Under the pieces are notes generated by a model, which was given only the letters and a program-made list of their open reading frames with translations, ran no database searches and was not told where the DNA came from. This document shows, in pieces, positions 1 to 11,196 of a DNA stretch of 64,000 nt (position 1 is its first letter; each line of letters starts with the position of its first letter). The position numbers were made by a program, and so were the translations under genes. The stretch is from Rhizodiscina lignyota (lineage: Eukaryota), in assembly GCA_010015805.1 (NCBI GenBank), contig ML978121.1, positions 124,001-188,000 of the forward strand. Direction: 5' to 3'.

Positions 1-121
1 CCATCGGGGGAAGAGACGGAGCGATGAGAGTTGGCACAGCGAGCAGTCTCAGCAGTGGCAGGAGGATTATAGAACAGGAACGTTGCAGGATCAGACGAAC
101 CAGATACAGTCATTCCAGAGG

Positions 122-3100
122 ATGGAGAGACCGCAGATGAACAGAAGACCACATACCTCTCAATCGTCAATGACAACCGGGCTACGGAGCCGTGGACAGA
201 GTGCTCAAGTCGGTCAAGGGCTGAGCCCGGGAGCTGGGATGCAGAGAGGTCCTTCGGCTACAACGTCTCCGGTACAGACTCAAGCGTCATTATTCTCTTC
301 CGTGGAGAATATCTCCTACCAACGGACATTACCTCTCCCTCAGCAACCCTCGGCTCCCGCTTCAGCGTCGTCATTCTATTCAGTCGCTTACGACGAAGCT
401 CGCTCACACACTCCACCCATCAAGACGAATACACCAGGCAAGCCACCGACACCGCCTCCTCCGGCCAATCTGAAGCAGAAGACAAAGCTCAACTTACGAA
501 ACCCAATGTCATTGCTTTTGCGAAGGCGCTCCGGACAGCAGCTTGATCCGTTGCAAGTACCCGATGAAGGTCTTCTACTTGCCCTCAACAGAAGCAACCT
601 ACCAGACGACTACGACCCGCGTATCATCGGGACACGTGTTCACGATTTCAGCGCTCCCAGACCGCCGCCAAAGCGGTTTCACACCACACCAAACCAACCG
701 GGAATCAACGAGAGTGGAGAATTTATGCTGCGTGTTCACAGCTCTGATGACTCGCAGCGGCAAGAGAGCGAGAGTCCACCAAAGCCGAAGCGAGCACACA
801 CACCCACTTTCATGGAACACTTCGACGATGACGATAACACCGACAAGGCCGTGAGGGCTGAGGAGTTGGCAAACAAAGACTTTTTGGCTAGAAACTCGTA
901 CCATCCTCCAGGAGACGATATGGGTGCTCCACTACCTCCATTTGCAAGAGCGGCATCTGGACAGCTGCTCAGTCCGGAACCTGGCCCCGCTATTACCGAA
1001 GAGGACGATGGAGCACATGCAGAAGTCGTACCGGAGCCACCATCGAGAACACCTCCCATTCCACCAGGTCTAGCCGCGGATGTTGCTAATGAAGCTAGTG
1101 TTTCCTCCATTACTGCAACACCGGAGGACAAGACAAAACATGTACAGCCTCCACCATCTGAAGCCAGAGCTCCTTCTTCCGCTTCGCCGCCGCGCCCACG
1201 CCAACGGACTTCTCGCATGAGTAGAGACTCTCTCCCTTCGCATCTCAACAGCACCGCGTCACGATTCAGCTTCCAGTTCGGTGGTCCAGATTCGCAACTC
1301 CAGGAGAAAATTCTCGAGGAGCGGCACAAGGCGAAGCAGGCACAGAGGGATATGGCGACAAAGATGCGCCAGGATGAGGAGGAGTGGGTCGAAGATGACG
1401 ATGGGTATGGCGATTATGATGATGGTGGCATGTACGAGGAGCGCATCCCTGGTGTCAACGCGGATTTCGAGGAGGATGGATTTGATGACGGGTTCAGCCT
1501 GCCTGAGGGAATGAGGCCCATGGGAATGGATCCGTTGGAACCTGTGGGGTTTAGAGAGGATAATCCGCTTGGTGTTGCGGATATCGTCGCTGCGCAGCGC
1601 ATGGCTCTGAGCAGCAATCCCCCAAGTCCCGCTGACTACAGCCCCGCGAGCTTAGATGCTATAAGTCTGCGACTACCCAGCAATGCTTCGGCGAGGCCAA
1701 GCATAGATTTGAAAGGCAGATCTAGCATCGGTTCCAGAAGTGGGGCGAGGTTGGATGGTAGTCTATCTGGTAGCAGGAGTGCGGACAGGAGTAGAGATGT
1801 GTTACCAGAAGCGGAAGAGGAGGAGTCGGATGGTGTGTCTCTTCAGTCTCTTAAGCAAGAGGAAAGCGAGACTCCTGAGATCGATATTGCGGACAACGGC
1901 ATCGGTGGTGTAGCAGAAGATTTAAGCGACGATCTCTACTTCGACGACGGCATCATCGAAGATCCTGGTTACGCAGAGGACGCGCCACATTTCGATGAAT
2001 CTGCGTTCGACGATCCGTCGAATCCACTTTATGAACGACGCCCAGTAAATGGTGCCTCGAATAGGCCTCTCGCTGGCGAAGGGACAAGTGCAGACTCCAC
2101 GCCAGAGAAGCCTCGCGTTACTAGTTTGGAGAGTAATGCTCGACCCTTCAGCGGTGTTTCAGATGGTAATGTTCGCCCTTTCAGCGAGGTTTCGGATAAC
2201 TTCGGCGACCCTGCGCGCAAGAACCACTTATCGGATTTCGAGAATCTGAATGCTTATCACGATGCACTAGCCCAGGCTGCGACGAAAGCTTTCTCGGACG
2301 GCCGTTTCTCAAGGAAAGAGAGCGTTGACCATTCCAGAGGATTTTCTCTTGACAATGAGTTCCAGAGGTATTCGGCAGATTCGTCTACCGCCTCCGATGC
2401 TGAGAAGTCGAAGATCTCCGGCTTGCACTCTTCGGGCCAGAGCCTCGTACAGGATGATGCGAGATATAGCAATTCTTCTGCTTCGCAGGCTGCTCGGACA
2501 TCGACTACCATAGGCAGCTCTGATGGAGTGAAATCATCAGTGCCATCGTACGACCCTCTCAGGTTCTCTGAACCTGCTGATTCTGCGTTCAACTTCGATC
2601 CATCTTCTTACCAGTTTGACACAAGCTTTGATGATTACGACAATGATGATCCCATGATAGCTGCCGCGAATGCAGAAGCGCTCGCCAACGATGACGAAGG
2701 CGAGTACGGTCGCGAATTCGGCTTCTACGCTGCACCACCGCCAGGCGGGCCTCTCAATGGATTCTGTCACAACATTAGAGGAGCCGATACTGCAAGCTTG
2801 AGCAGTGATGATGGCAGTGAAGTCGAATTCATGAACGGTGGCTACTTCGGCCCGAAAGGTGTCGACCTTGTGGGTAGAAACAAGAGTCTGAGGGAGCCGA
2901 ATCTCACACCAATCACCGAGCGGAGCGAGTACAGCACTCGCAACTCATGCGTCAGCTTGTTTGGCCTGCAGAGCTCCGGTAACCTTGCTCAGCCTCCTCT
3001 ATCAGCGGGGATAACACCACTCAGCGCAGGCGCAATGCCAAGTCCCGGTCTCGCGGAGCTGGCACGGATGGGTTCATTCGGCTTGGAGGATGACGAAATG

Positions 3101-4036
3101 AGCATGGAGAAGCTCATGAAGCTGCGACGAGGTGCTTTCGGCGATGGTTCGAGGAACAGCATGAGCGATAGCAGCGCTGCGAGCGGCTCAAGCCCGAGAA
3201 ACTCAAGTCCGGTGGCGCAGACGAGCGGATATATGCTACCGAGGGGCGCTCAGATCCAACATCCCGGCCAGCATCCCGCAGTTGGATGGTTGAATGGCGT
3301 GGGCATTGGCGTCAGCGGTGTCGAAGGTCTAGAGAGGCTCGGCGAAGACGACGAGAGCGACACCGACAACAGTGTGGACGTAGAAGGCGAGCAAGACTCG
3401 GATTACGAGAGCGACGGTGCCACAGATGACAGAGTGTACGACGACGAGGACTCGCCCATGCCAGACTCTCCCACCATCATCGCCACCGATTCACAGTCTC
3501 TTGGCTCCTCACCTGTCACCACCGCCCCGCCTCAGCAGCCTCAGTTTCCATCCCTCGCCCAGCTCCACCTGCAAGGCTTCTTCAACTTGAATCAACCTCC
3601 CTCCCCACCAAACACGAATCGCTTCGACACCGATCCCCACACACCCATCTCCCCATCCTCCACTTCCGTCTCCCTCAACTCGCCTACGACCGCCCTGCGC
3701 ACCGCTGCGCACAGAGACAACACCAGCAAAGCTGCCGCTAACATGACCAAGACCCTCCCGCGGATGCAAATCCCGTCAAGCCCGAGCCGATACGCACCTG
3801 CCAGCACCGGTGGTGACGGTGCAGCCCTCCGCAAGATTCCGTCGCCCTCGCTGCCGCACAGCCCGGCGCATTCACGCAATTCTAGCCAGAACGAGAGCGG
3901 CATAACGGTGACGTACGTGCGGGAGCGCGATAATTCGGCCGAGGGGCATCGGTGGGTGCTGGAGAGGCGGAGGACGAGCGAGGCGGGCGAGGTGACGGTT
4001 TTGGGGAGGGAGGTTGTTACCGGGGGGAGGATATGA
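122..4036 (+). CDS. Large, low-complexity, intrinsically disordered fungal protein of unknown function (about 1300 aa)
   Basis: Single uninterrupted ORF; first in-frame ATG at 122. Rich in S/P/D/E, with short ordered-looking islands (NPMSLLLRRRS, YDPRIIGTRVHDFSAPRP, EYGREFGFY, REPNLTPITERSEYS, WVLERRRT). No function assignable. Confidence 0.8.
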   Translation: MERPQMNRRPHTSQSSMTTGLRSRGQSAQVGQGLSPGAGMQRGPSATTSPVQTQASLFSSVENISYQRTLPLPQQPSAPASASSFYSVAYDEARSHTPPIKTNTPGKPPTPPPPANLKQKTKLNLRNPMSLLLRRRSGQQLDPLQVPDEGLLLALNRSNLPDDYDPRIIGTRVHDFSAPRPPPKRFHTTPNQPGINESGEFMLRVHSSDDSQRQESESPPKPKRAHTPTFMEHFDDDDNTDKAVRAEELANKDFLARNSYHPPGDDMGAPLPPFARAASGQLLSPEPGPAITEEDDGAHAEVVPEPPSRTPPIPPGLAADVANEASVSSITATPEDKTKHVQPPPSEARAPSSASPPRPRQRTSRMSRDSLPSHLNSTASRFSFQFGGPDSQLQEKILEERHKAKQAQRDMATKMRQDEEEWVEDDDGYGDYDDGGMYEERIPGVNADFEEDGFDDGFSLPEGMRPMGMDPLEPVGFREDNPLGVADIVAAQRMALSSNPPSPADYSPASLDAISLRLPSNASARPSIDLKGRSSIGSRSGARLDGSLSGSRSADRSRDVLPEAEEEESDGVSLQSLKQEESETPEIDIADNGIGGVAEDLSDDLYFDDGIIEDPGYAEDAPHFDESAFDDPSNPLYERRPVNGASNRPLAGEGTSADSTPEKPRVTSLESNARPFSGVSDGNVRPFSEVSDNFGDPARKNHLSDFENLNAYHDALAQAATKAFSDGRFSRKESVDHSRGFSLDNEFQRYSADSSTASDAEKSKISGLHSSGQSLVQDDARYSNSSASQAARTSTTIGSSDGVKSSVPSYDPLRFSEPADSAFNFDPSSYQFDTSFDDYDNDDPMIAAANAEALANDDEGEYGREFGFYAAPPPGGPLNGFCHNIRGADTASLSSDDGSEVEFMNGGYFGPKGVDLVGRNKSLREPNLTPITERSEYSTRNSCVSLFGLQSSGNLAQPPLSAGITPLSAGAMPSPGLAELARMGSFGLEDDEMSMEKLMKLRRGAFGDGSRNSMSDSSAASGSSPRNSSPVAQTSGYMLPRGAQIQHPGQHPAVGWLNGVGIGVSGVEGLERLGEDDESDTDNSVDVEGEQDSDYESDGATDDRVYDDEDSPMPDSPTIIATDSQSLGSSPVTTAPPQQPQFPSLAQLHLQGFFNLNQPPSPPNTNRFDTDPHTPISPSSTSVSLNSPTTALRTAAHRDNTSKAAANMTKTLPRMQIPSSPSRYAPASTGGDGAALRKIPSPSLPHSPAHSRNSSQNESGITVTYVRERDNSAEGHRWVLERRRTSEAGEVTVLGREVVTGGRI

Positions 4037-4339
4037 TTTGCCTCTAAGCAATTTGCATTGATTGGAGATGGGAAGCAAAAGATGTGATGATTGCGTTTGG
4101 GCTTGCGTTTGGGCTTGCGTTTGATTTTGGGTTTGGTCTGATGGTTGTTTCGGACAAAAGCATCGCAAGGGGAAATGGAAAGAACAAGTATTTTGATAAG
4201 TACTTCCTGCATAATGCTTATATTGGACAGTTTAGAGATACCAACATACAGGGCACAGTGCGGTGCTTCGGGCTTTGGCGAAATGAAAATGAAATGTTCA
4301 GTGATCTGTTCGTTCATTCTCCAATGCTCTCGGGTGAGG

Positions 4340-4816
4340 TCAAGCTCCTTGCTCACCGAAAATAACAGACCTCTCGCCTTCAGTCCAATTCATCTTCAAA
4401 GTCCACTTCTTAATCTTCCACAGCCCATCACTGTCCTTGACCAAGTCCAGATAGTACAACCCGCCAGTGACATAAGCCTTGGCCTCGGGGACATATGCGT
4501 CTTCTGGTCGATAGTGATATGCCATTGCGTTGGCGGTCAAAGACGCTGTATCGGCGCCGTCCTTCAGGTCCACTCGAACATTGGTGATAAAATGCGTCGT
4601 ATGCAAGGGCATGATCTTGCTCATGATGTATTCGGTGATCGTATCCGCGCCCTGGATGGTATGTTCGCCAACGATGACCGAGGTCTCCTTCCCCGGCAAG
4701 ACTGATGACGCGAACAGTTCAGGATCATTGCCGTCTATTCCAGTAACGGAGCGATAGAGACAATCGGCGACGGCCTCACGCGGGCTGAGAGACGGGAGGG
4801 CGATAGTATACGCCAT
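4340..4816 (-). CDS. SnoaL-like / NTF2-fold protein
   Basis: 158-aa intronless ORF with SnoaL_4-type pattern: REAVADCLYR...D..D, TTHFITNVRV, GGLYYLDLVKDSDGLWKIKKW. Confidence 0.85.
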   Translation of the reverse strand: MAYTIALPSLSPREAVADCLYRSVTGIDGNDPELFASSVLPGKETSVIVGEHTIQGADTITEYIMSKIMPLHTTHFITNVRVDLKDGADTASLTANAMAYHYRPEDAYVPEAKAYVTGGLYYLDLVKDSDGLWKIKKWTLKMNWTEGERSVIFGEQGA

Positions 4817-6176
4817 TTCGACTTATCAAAACCTTGGTGGGATTGGCAAATTGAGGTCTGACTATGAAATTGAGATGAAAGTTTCCGAGCTCTACCAATT
4901 TCCGCATGCTGGGCATACCTTGTTATACCCCACGGCTTGAGGTTGAAAAGGTCAACAGCTGTCTATGCAGACCGTGTGAGGCGATGTCTGCACTTTCTTA
5001 ACGCCGGAGACCTAAATCCGGGAGCCTATCGGGAGCGTCATTGGAGAGCGGCTCCATCAATCTCTCCGCGAGAACGGTGCATTACGGTTAACCTCAGACT
5101 AGCTGCACAATCTGCAAAGATGTTGGATCATACTGTGGAGCGTTTACCTGATCCGGCCAACTGTTCTGAACTTGATTCGCTGATCCTAGGCCGTCGAACG
5201 CATTCGTGTGAGCTGAAAGGTCAAGTTCATCCGTCAGTATCTCCTTGTCGGTTCCGAACCGACCCTGACGAGAAGATGCGGCTCCCATTGACATCTGTCC
5301 GTACCATGTTACCGGCTGTCCCGAAACAGTACCCTTTTTCGGGGTAATCATGTATTAAAGGCGCTGGAAGCTTTGGGTATAATATCTCGCTGATTGGAGC
5401 CCCATAGACGACACCGATTATTCTACACGGATACAATCATAAAGTTGTGCAGCCTTGCTCGAGTCAGAGGGAGTAAGTGGAGTCAGTAGTGATAGATAGG
5501 AAATAGTTGCAAATAGCACTCCGATCGAAACTGATCGCCTGACAGAGACCCTGTTGCGAAGGTTGACTGTTCATGTCCCAGCATGGCGTATCGCGCTTGG
5601 ATGTGGGGGCGTAGAGTAATGTCGAGGGACCGTACACCGTATATCGTTTAGAGATCCTTTTTGGGACGTTCTCGGCAGCCACAAATTGTCGGCCGCATTC
5701 AAGTCGCGGATTCAGACGTAAAGCCTTCACGTGTAGATCGATAGATGGCTAGATGGCCTGATGGCTGCTAGGATGTATGGAGGGCGAAGTGGCCATGACT
5801 CTAATGCATAAATGGAAACTATTGGCTCGCTCGGATGCTTCTTTCGCCGAGCTATCATCGTTTCCAATTGAGAGGTTGCTGTTGATGAATTAGGCCGCAT
5901 CTCAGGCGGTGAGCATGTGCACGAAAAGGCAAGAGCAAGCATATGCTGGCAAACCGAGGAACTCCAAATGATCAGGACGGAAGATAGTGATGGAATGTTG
6001 TAAACTTGTGAGTGGTAATCAATCACTTGATAATTATCGGGCGGCTTTATAACAATCGGCCTCCATGCTCCTTCAACAAATGCTGTACAGTTCGAACTAC
6101 ATGCTTGCAGGCCCAATGTTAGCGTTCTACTCCGTAGCAGTATCCAGTAGCGGTACCCAGTTGTCTGATATGCTAT

Positions 6177-6530
6177 TCAATGACCCCAGCTTATGACCTC
6201 TTCGACCGATCGATTCTTCCACGGCTTGCATACCACGTTCACCCTATTTGCAAACCCGTCAAGATCCTCCAGCCCCGCCGACTCTGAGACGCACTTCGCT
6301 GCGTATTGAAGGAGCTTCTTATTCTTGCATGTGCACTCAATGATGTCTTTGTCGCTCTTCTCGTAAATGCAGCTAGTACGGTAGAAGTCCTTTCGAAGGC
6401 ATTTCTGCGCGGAGTCGGTTCCAAAGTTTGGCCAAACGTCCTCGAGGTATGGATCATCGAGATACTCCGGTCGCTTCGCAGCGGCGATGCACAGCGCACT
6501 TGCGCAGAGGAGAATTGTGCTAAAACGCAT
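6177..6530 (-). CDS. Small secreted cysteine-rich protein, CFEM-like, effector candidate
   Basis: 117 aa; signal peptide MRFSTILLCASALCIAAA; six Cys in the mature part including a CxC; TATA-like element about 120 bp upstream. Confidence 0.75.
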   Translation of the reverse strand: MRFSTILLCASALCIAAAKRPEYLDDPYLEDVWPNFGTDSAQKCLRKDFYRTSCIYEKSDKDIIECTCKNKKLLQYAAKCVSESAGLEDLDGFANRVNVVCKPWKNRSVEEVISWGH

Positions 6531-8401
6531 AATGTGGGAGTTCGATGACTTGGAATTGAGCCGAATGAAAGTGTAGTTGCTTTTTCGTGTCGGAATCTGA
6601 TTGAAGATTGAATGATAATAGAGAAGAAGGCTGAAACTATGAAGCCTTTATATACCGTTAGTCAATCATTTAACGGCTGCATTTTTTCAACGGTGATCAA
6701 TCCCGCTCAAATTGACAACATTGATGGGCTTGAAACTCGACCATTTCGAATTCTGAGTTACTAATCACAATGCTCTCTGACGGTTAATGGAAATAGATGA
6801 AATAATGTTGCGACTCAACAAAGACGAATGAATGTGGAGACTTGAGATGGAACGTGATTGAAGACTGTCGTCCGACCTATTAGGAAGGAATGGTTTCTCT
6901 CTGTGTAGTTAAGGCTTTCCAGTTCTGTTTAACGTGAACTGAAACTGTGATATTTGTAAGACTAGGGACCGAGATAAGGAGAACTTTCTCCTTCTCACGA
7001 GGCCTGATAATTCTGACGCGCAGCTCTCGGCCTTTGAAGAGTACCACCTCCACCCTTTTATGCCTTGTCTTGATGCCTGGTTGGGAGTTTCCGACCAGGA
7101 TGGTAATTGCTGCTTGTCACGGTTCTATTCTCATTTCTGCTTAAAGAAGAGGTCCTGGTCCGGTGCTTGCGAGCAACGTTCGCCATCTCGGTCCAGACCA
7201 GAACGATAATTTGATGGATGATTGCTGGCCTCAGACTTCGAGAGAGCAATTGCGCAACGAGTGCTTCCGAGCTTAAATCGGCATTGCAGATAGAGAGGCA
7301 TGGCATCATGCAACTGAGTCATTGGTGCCGGAATTTACACCTCCTATATAGGGGCTCCATCCTACTCGGCGGTAGCGCCAGACGAAGTCTCGCCAAGCTG
7401 GAGTTCCCTTTCCTCTTTCGGTATGGCCTGTGACCCCTGACTTTCTCTCCAGTTAATATCTAAGTTACTTCCCCGCACCCTCTCCAAACTTTCCATCTCT
7501 GTCACTCTCTTGGCACTACATCTCATGCCATCCTGGCGTTTCGTCACTGGAGCGTTACTTTCCTTCGAGATTCCGACCGCTTGCTTTCATCTCCTTTCAG
7601 CCTGAACTAATTGAAGATTGTTTCCTGTTTCCTTGTGCTTTGTACGTTCAGTTGCGATTAACCGCCTTGGCAGTTATGAGTCTCCAGTCTTTGATGAGAT
7701 CTTGCGCATTATCAATGTTGTTCATTTTCGGTCAGTCTCATCAATTGTTTGACATGATAGAGGAGAGATGAAGAAGAATAAATAGTCCTGGAAACCCAGA
7801 GAATTCGACAAAACGGCATCCGCCCCACAGCCGTGAAGCACAAACGACTCATTCGCAGGTTTTCTCCAATGTGCTAGCTCTGAAGCTTCGAACCTCGGAC
7901 TGAAATGTTCCACATTCCACGACATCGAACACAATATACCCGAGAAGCGGCTCTCGGAGAATATCCTAAAGAAGTGAAGGGCACAGAAACCTTGCGAGCA
8001 TCATTGCTCGGCTACATTGTCCCTGAATTGACGTCCACTTAGAGTTGAGTTGCTCGAAGCAATATGACATCAACGGCCACGAACGTGTCCAAAAGGACTT
8101 CCGGAATCATCGGCAATCCTTATTTGAGGGGTGTAGATCCTTAGAAGAGGGGAGCTTCATCGCCAAGACAAACGCGGGGAGTTCACGATGGAAAGTGAAT
8201 GTCCGAACATGATTAATATATTATGAAGCGCAAATGACTGTTCGCTGCGGACGAAGGTTCCAAATCTGCAATCAGGGCTCTGAGAAAGGTGTGGCTGTCC
8301 TGCCGCGCTTGATACTCTTCAAACTCAAAGAACCGCGAGGAACACGAACACGACTGACATTCTAATTACTTACTTTTGCGGTGTGGACACTTCGGATTGC
8401 A

Positions 8402-9544
8402 ATGTCGACTATCAGGAGCTTGATATATGGGCTGGTGTTGATACTGGCGGCGGCGCTGACTGCCATGGCCGCTCCAGGATATACACCCCAGGGACTTCGA
8501 CCTGGGGTTGAATGCCCAGTGGACCCAGGTAATCTGCCGCCAAATACCAAGCAGGTAGGCGCACTCGTTTGCCCGAGCTAAAGTATACTCGAATTGACAG
8601 AGATCTAGATAACGTACTTCGGGGAGCGTGCCGCCTTCTCACCCGATGGCAAGAAAATAGCGTTCATGGACAAGAGCTACGGCGACGCATTCGAACTGGA
8701 CTTGGAAACGAATCGTATCACACTATTGACACATCCTCAGAACGCCGGCTTCTTGCGTGTCCAGTACCTCCCGAACGGTGACTACGTCCTCATTGGCTCT
8801 CGCAGCTTTGTTGACATCACAACCACACGCGACACAACCCAGGAGCTCTGGGTTCTGAAGCAAGGCGAGATCAACCCGATCCCTCTGAATCACTTTATCG
8901 ATGAAGGTGTGGCAATTTCGCGCAAGAGTGCGAAGATCGCTTGGGCTATCAACCATGACAACTATCCTGGTGTGCTCATCGAAGGAGAAACCCTCATCTA
9001 CACTGCCGACGTCGTGTACGCCAAAAACGGTACTCCTTACCTCGACAATCAGAAGGAAGTGATTCGAGCTTGGTCTCCGGACTGTGTACTAGAACCTCAG
9101 GATTTCCGGAATGATGATAATGAACTCATCTTCATCTGCTACAGACAGATTACGGCCGAGATATCCCTCGCGAATATGCGTGGCATCGACTTGAACACCG
9201 GCAAAATAAGCGTCTACAGAAACGTAACTAACGAGTACAACGAAGTCGAAGGCATTTATCCTGACGGCCAATACGAGTTGGTCGAGTCGAGCAAGGGCCA
9301 GATACATCCTCATGGGGACGATGCAATCGACATTTGGAAGCTCAAAATAGAGCCTCACGGAACGAATTTTCGAAGGGTTACATGTTTCGGATCTAACGTT
9401 AACGGCAAGAGCCCCATCAACAAGGCCAGCAACCCTGTGGTCAGTCCAAATGGGCACACAATTGCTTTCCAGGCCGCGATAGCCGGGGATCCAGCAGGCG
9501 TTGGTTATGGGCTATTCCTCCTTGATCGAAGCGAAACAAGCTAG
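8402..9544 (+). CDS. Secreted TolB-like beta-propeller protein (PD40/WD40-like repeats)
   Basis: Signal peptide from ATG 8402. Intron about 8555-8608 (GTAGGC...CTAG) joins ...PPNTKQ to ITYFGERAAFSPDGKKIAFMDKSY. PD40 motifs FSPDGKKIAF and NPVVSPNGHTIAF. Confidence 0.8.
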
Positions 9545-9551
9545 CTGCTAG

Positions 9552-9785
9552 CACGGGGGTGAAAAAAATAGTTGAGCCCGGTTGGCCGAACGCCCGGAGT
9601 AAGAACGAGTTTTGTTCTTCCGCACGGACGAGAATATCAGTGAAAGCTCGATTAGATATAATACTAGATAGTATTTATCCAAAATTCGCAGCTTCAGCAT
9701 ACATAGTCTATGTTCACTGGCAGACGTGTGTATCTTCGCGGTGGCCTATATTGCAGCCACAACTCAACTATTTTATGACCTACTT
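9552..9785 (+). mobile_element. MITE family A, copy 1 (degenerate TIRs)
   Basis: Left end CACGGGGGTGAAAAAAATAGTTGAGCCC, right end ACTCAACTATTTTATGACCTACTT. Body is colinear with 12733-12930 (shared AACGAGTTTTGTTCTTC, TGAAAGCTCGATTA, TATATTGCAGCCAC). Confidence 0.75.
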
Positions 9786-10133
9786 CCCCAAAATTAACAG
9801 CGATCGAACAGCAAATGCAGACGTCAGATAACCGTTCTGTAGACTGCATTTCTATCCGGTGGCTACGCCGTAAGAATTTCAGAGTGCCTACGGAGAAATT
9901 ACAGACCAGCCAGTTATTCAAGGATTCTATGTACTATTTCGTATACTGTCATATTTCGGTGTCTTCTTCCTGGTGGCACGCTCAACCAGAACCAGAAAAT
10001 TACGTTACCAGTCAGTTAAAGCCTTTAATACTTTGGGCATAGCGAAATGAGTCGAACAGAGGGCTTGGGAGATACGAGTACGATACGCAAGTGATGCTGT
10101 ACTCTTGAGGAACCAGGAGGGATGAGCGACATC

Positions 10134-10290
10134 CAAGTGGGTGACAAAAAAGTTGGCCGCAGCTTTCGGGACAGTGAACAGCATTGGTGTATAGCCACTG
10201 TGAATAACACAAGGTACAGGTTTGTAAATGGCCTGTAATTGTTTAGTGTACTCCGGAGAATATATAACTGAGCTTCCAGAGATACTCTCA
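10134..10290 (-). mobile_element. MITE family A, degenerate partial copy in reverse orientation
   Basis: Starts with CAAGTGGGTGACAAAAAAGTTG (matches the family terminus). GAGCTTCCAGAGATACTCTC matches the reverse complement of GAGAGCGTCTCTGAAAGCTC in the 12.8-kb copy. Confidence 0.6.
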
Positions 10291-11196
10291 ATTGTCGTGA
10301 GGTGTAAGAGCTATTAGTCCTCGTAAGTTACCTACCATCTGGGCTGATGACCCTGATGACCACCAACCTTACAAACGCCCACCGTAGGACACGCTAAATA
10401 TCTCGGGCCGCCACAGCTGAGTTGGCGACTTTATCCCTCCACCCAACTTTCGTCGCGTTCATCGTGACCACTCTCACACCTTCTGCTCCCAGCACCATGC
10501 CGTTCATCTCAGAGACCAAGATAAAGCTCGCTTACTTCGAAGGTATTCGGGTATCGTACTCGAGTTTGCCGTTAGCATCAGCCGTCGAGCATTTCCACGT
10601 ACGAAGGAGCTTGTTTCCGGGGAGCGAACGAGACCTGGAACAGCGTCCCTTTTCCGTCATAACGAGAAGCAAAGCTACTAAGGTAGCTTGGGTAAGCTAC
10701 TCCCTAGTAGCCTCGAATAGAACCTCACCACCTTAAAGAAGCTTCTTGGAAATGCCGAGAGCAAATTTAAAACTTGCCTTCGCAGACTATTCGCTCACTG
10801 GAGACTTTTTCCATCGTACGGAGTAGAGTACCACAATGCGCAATCCAACATGAACCATGAACCAACTGGCTCCCGCTCAACGGGTTCAAGAGACTACATA
10901 GATCTTTTATTGCAGATTTATGCTTAGTATTCCAAGTTCGTTCAAACTTTCGCATTTGGTTTTCCGTTACGGAATTCCCTGCCCTGCTATGGGCATTGGT
11001 CTCCTTAATCGTAAGCTGACCTAACAGTCAAAAGTTTTCTAATCAATCTTGACGTCTTATTAACGAAATAATGTGCTTCGGAGCGCAAGAATGTGGAGTG
11101 CACACGCACTTTACATGTGTTTTAGTGTCCGCTCTTTTATCTGCTTTCCGATTCTCTCTCCGGTCATTACCGCTACTAGTACTTCGGAAAATCAAC

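Noticed and set aside
4087..4140. 12-bp tandem repeat (GCGTTTGGGCTT) and overlapping ORFs 3592-4356 and 4084-4365
   Set aside because: Simple 3'-UTR minisatellite; the ORFs are shadows with no protein-like features.
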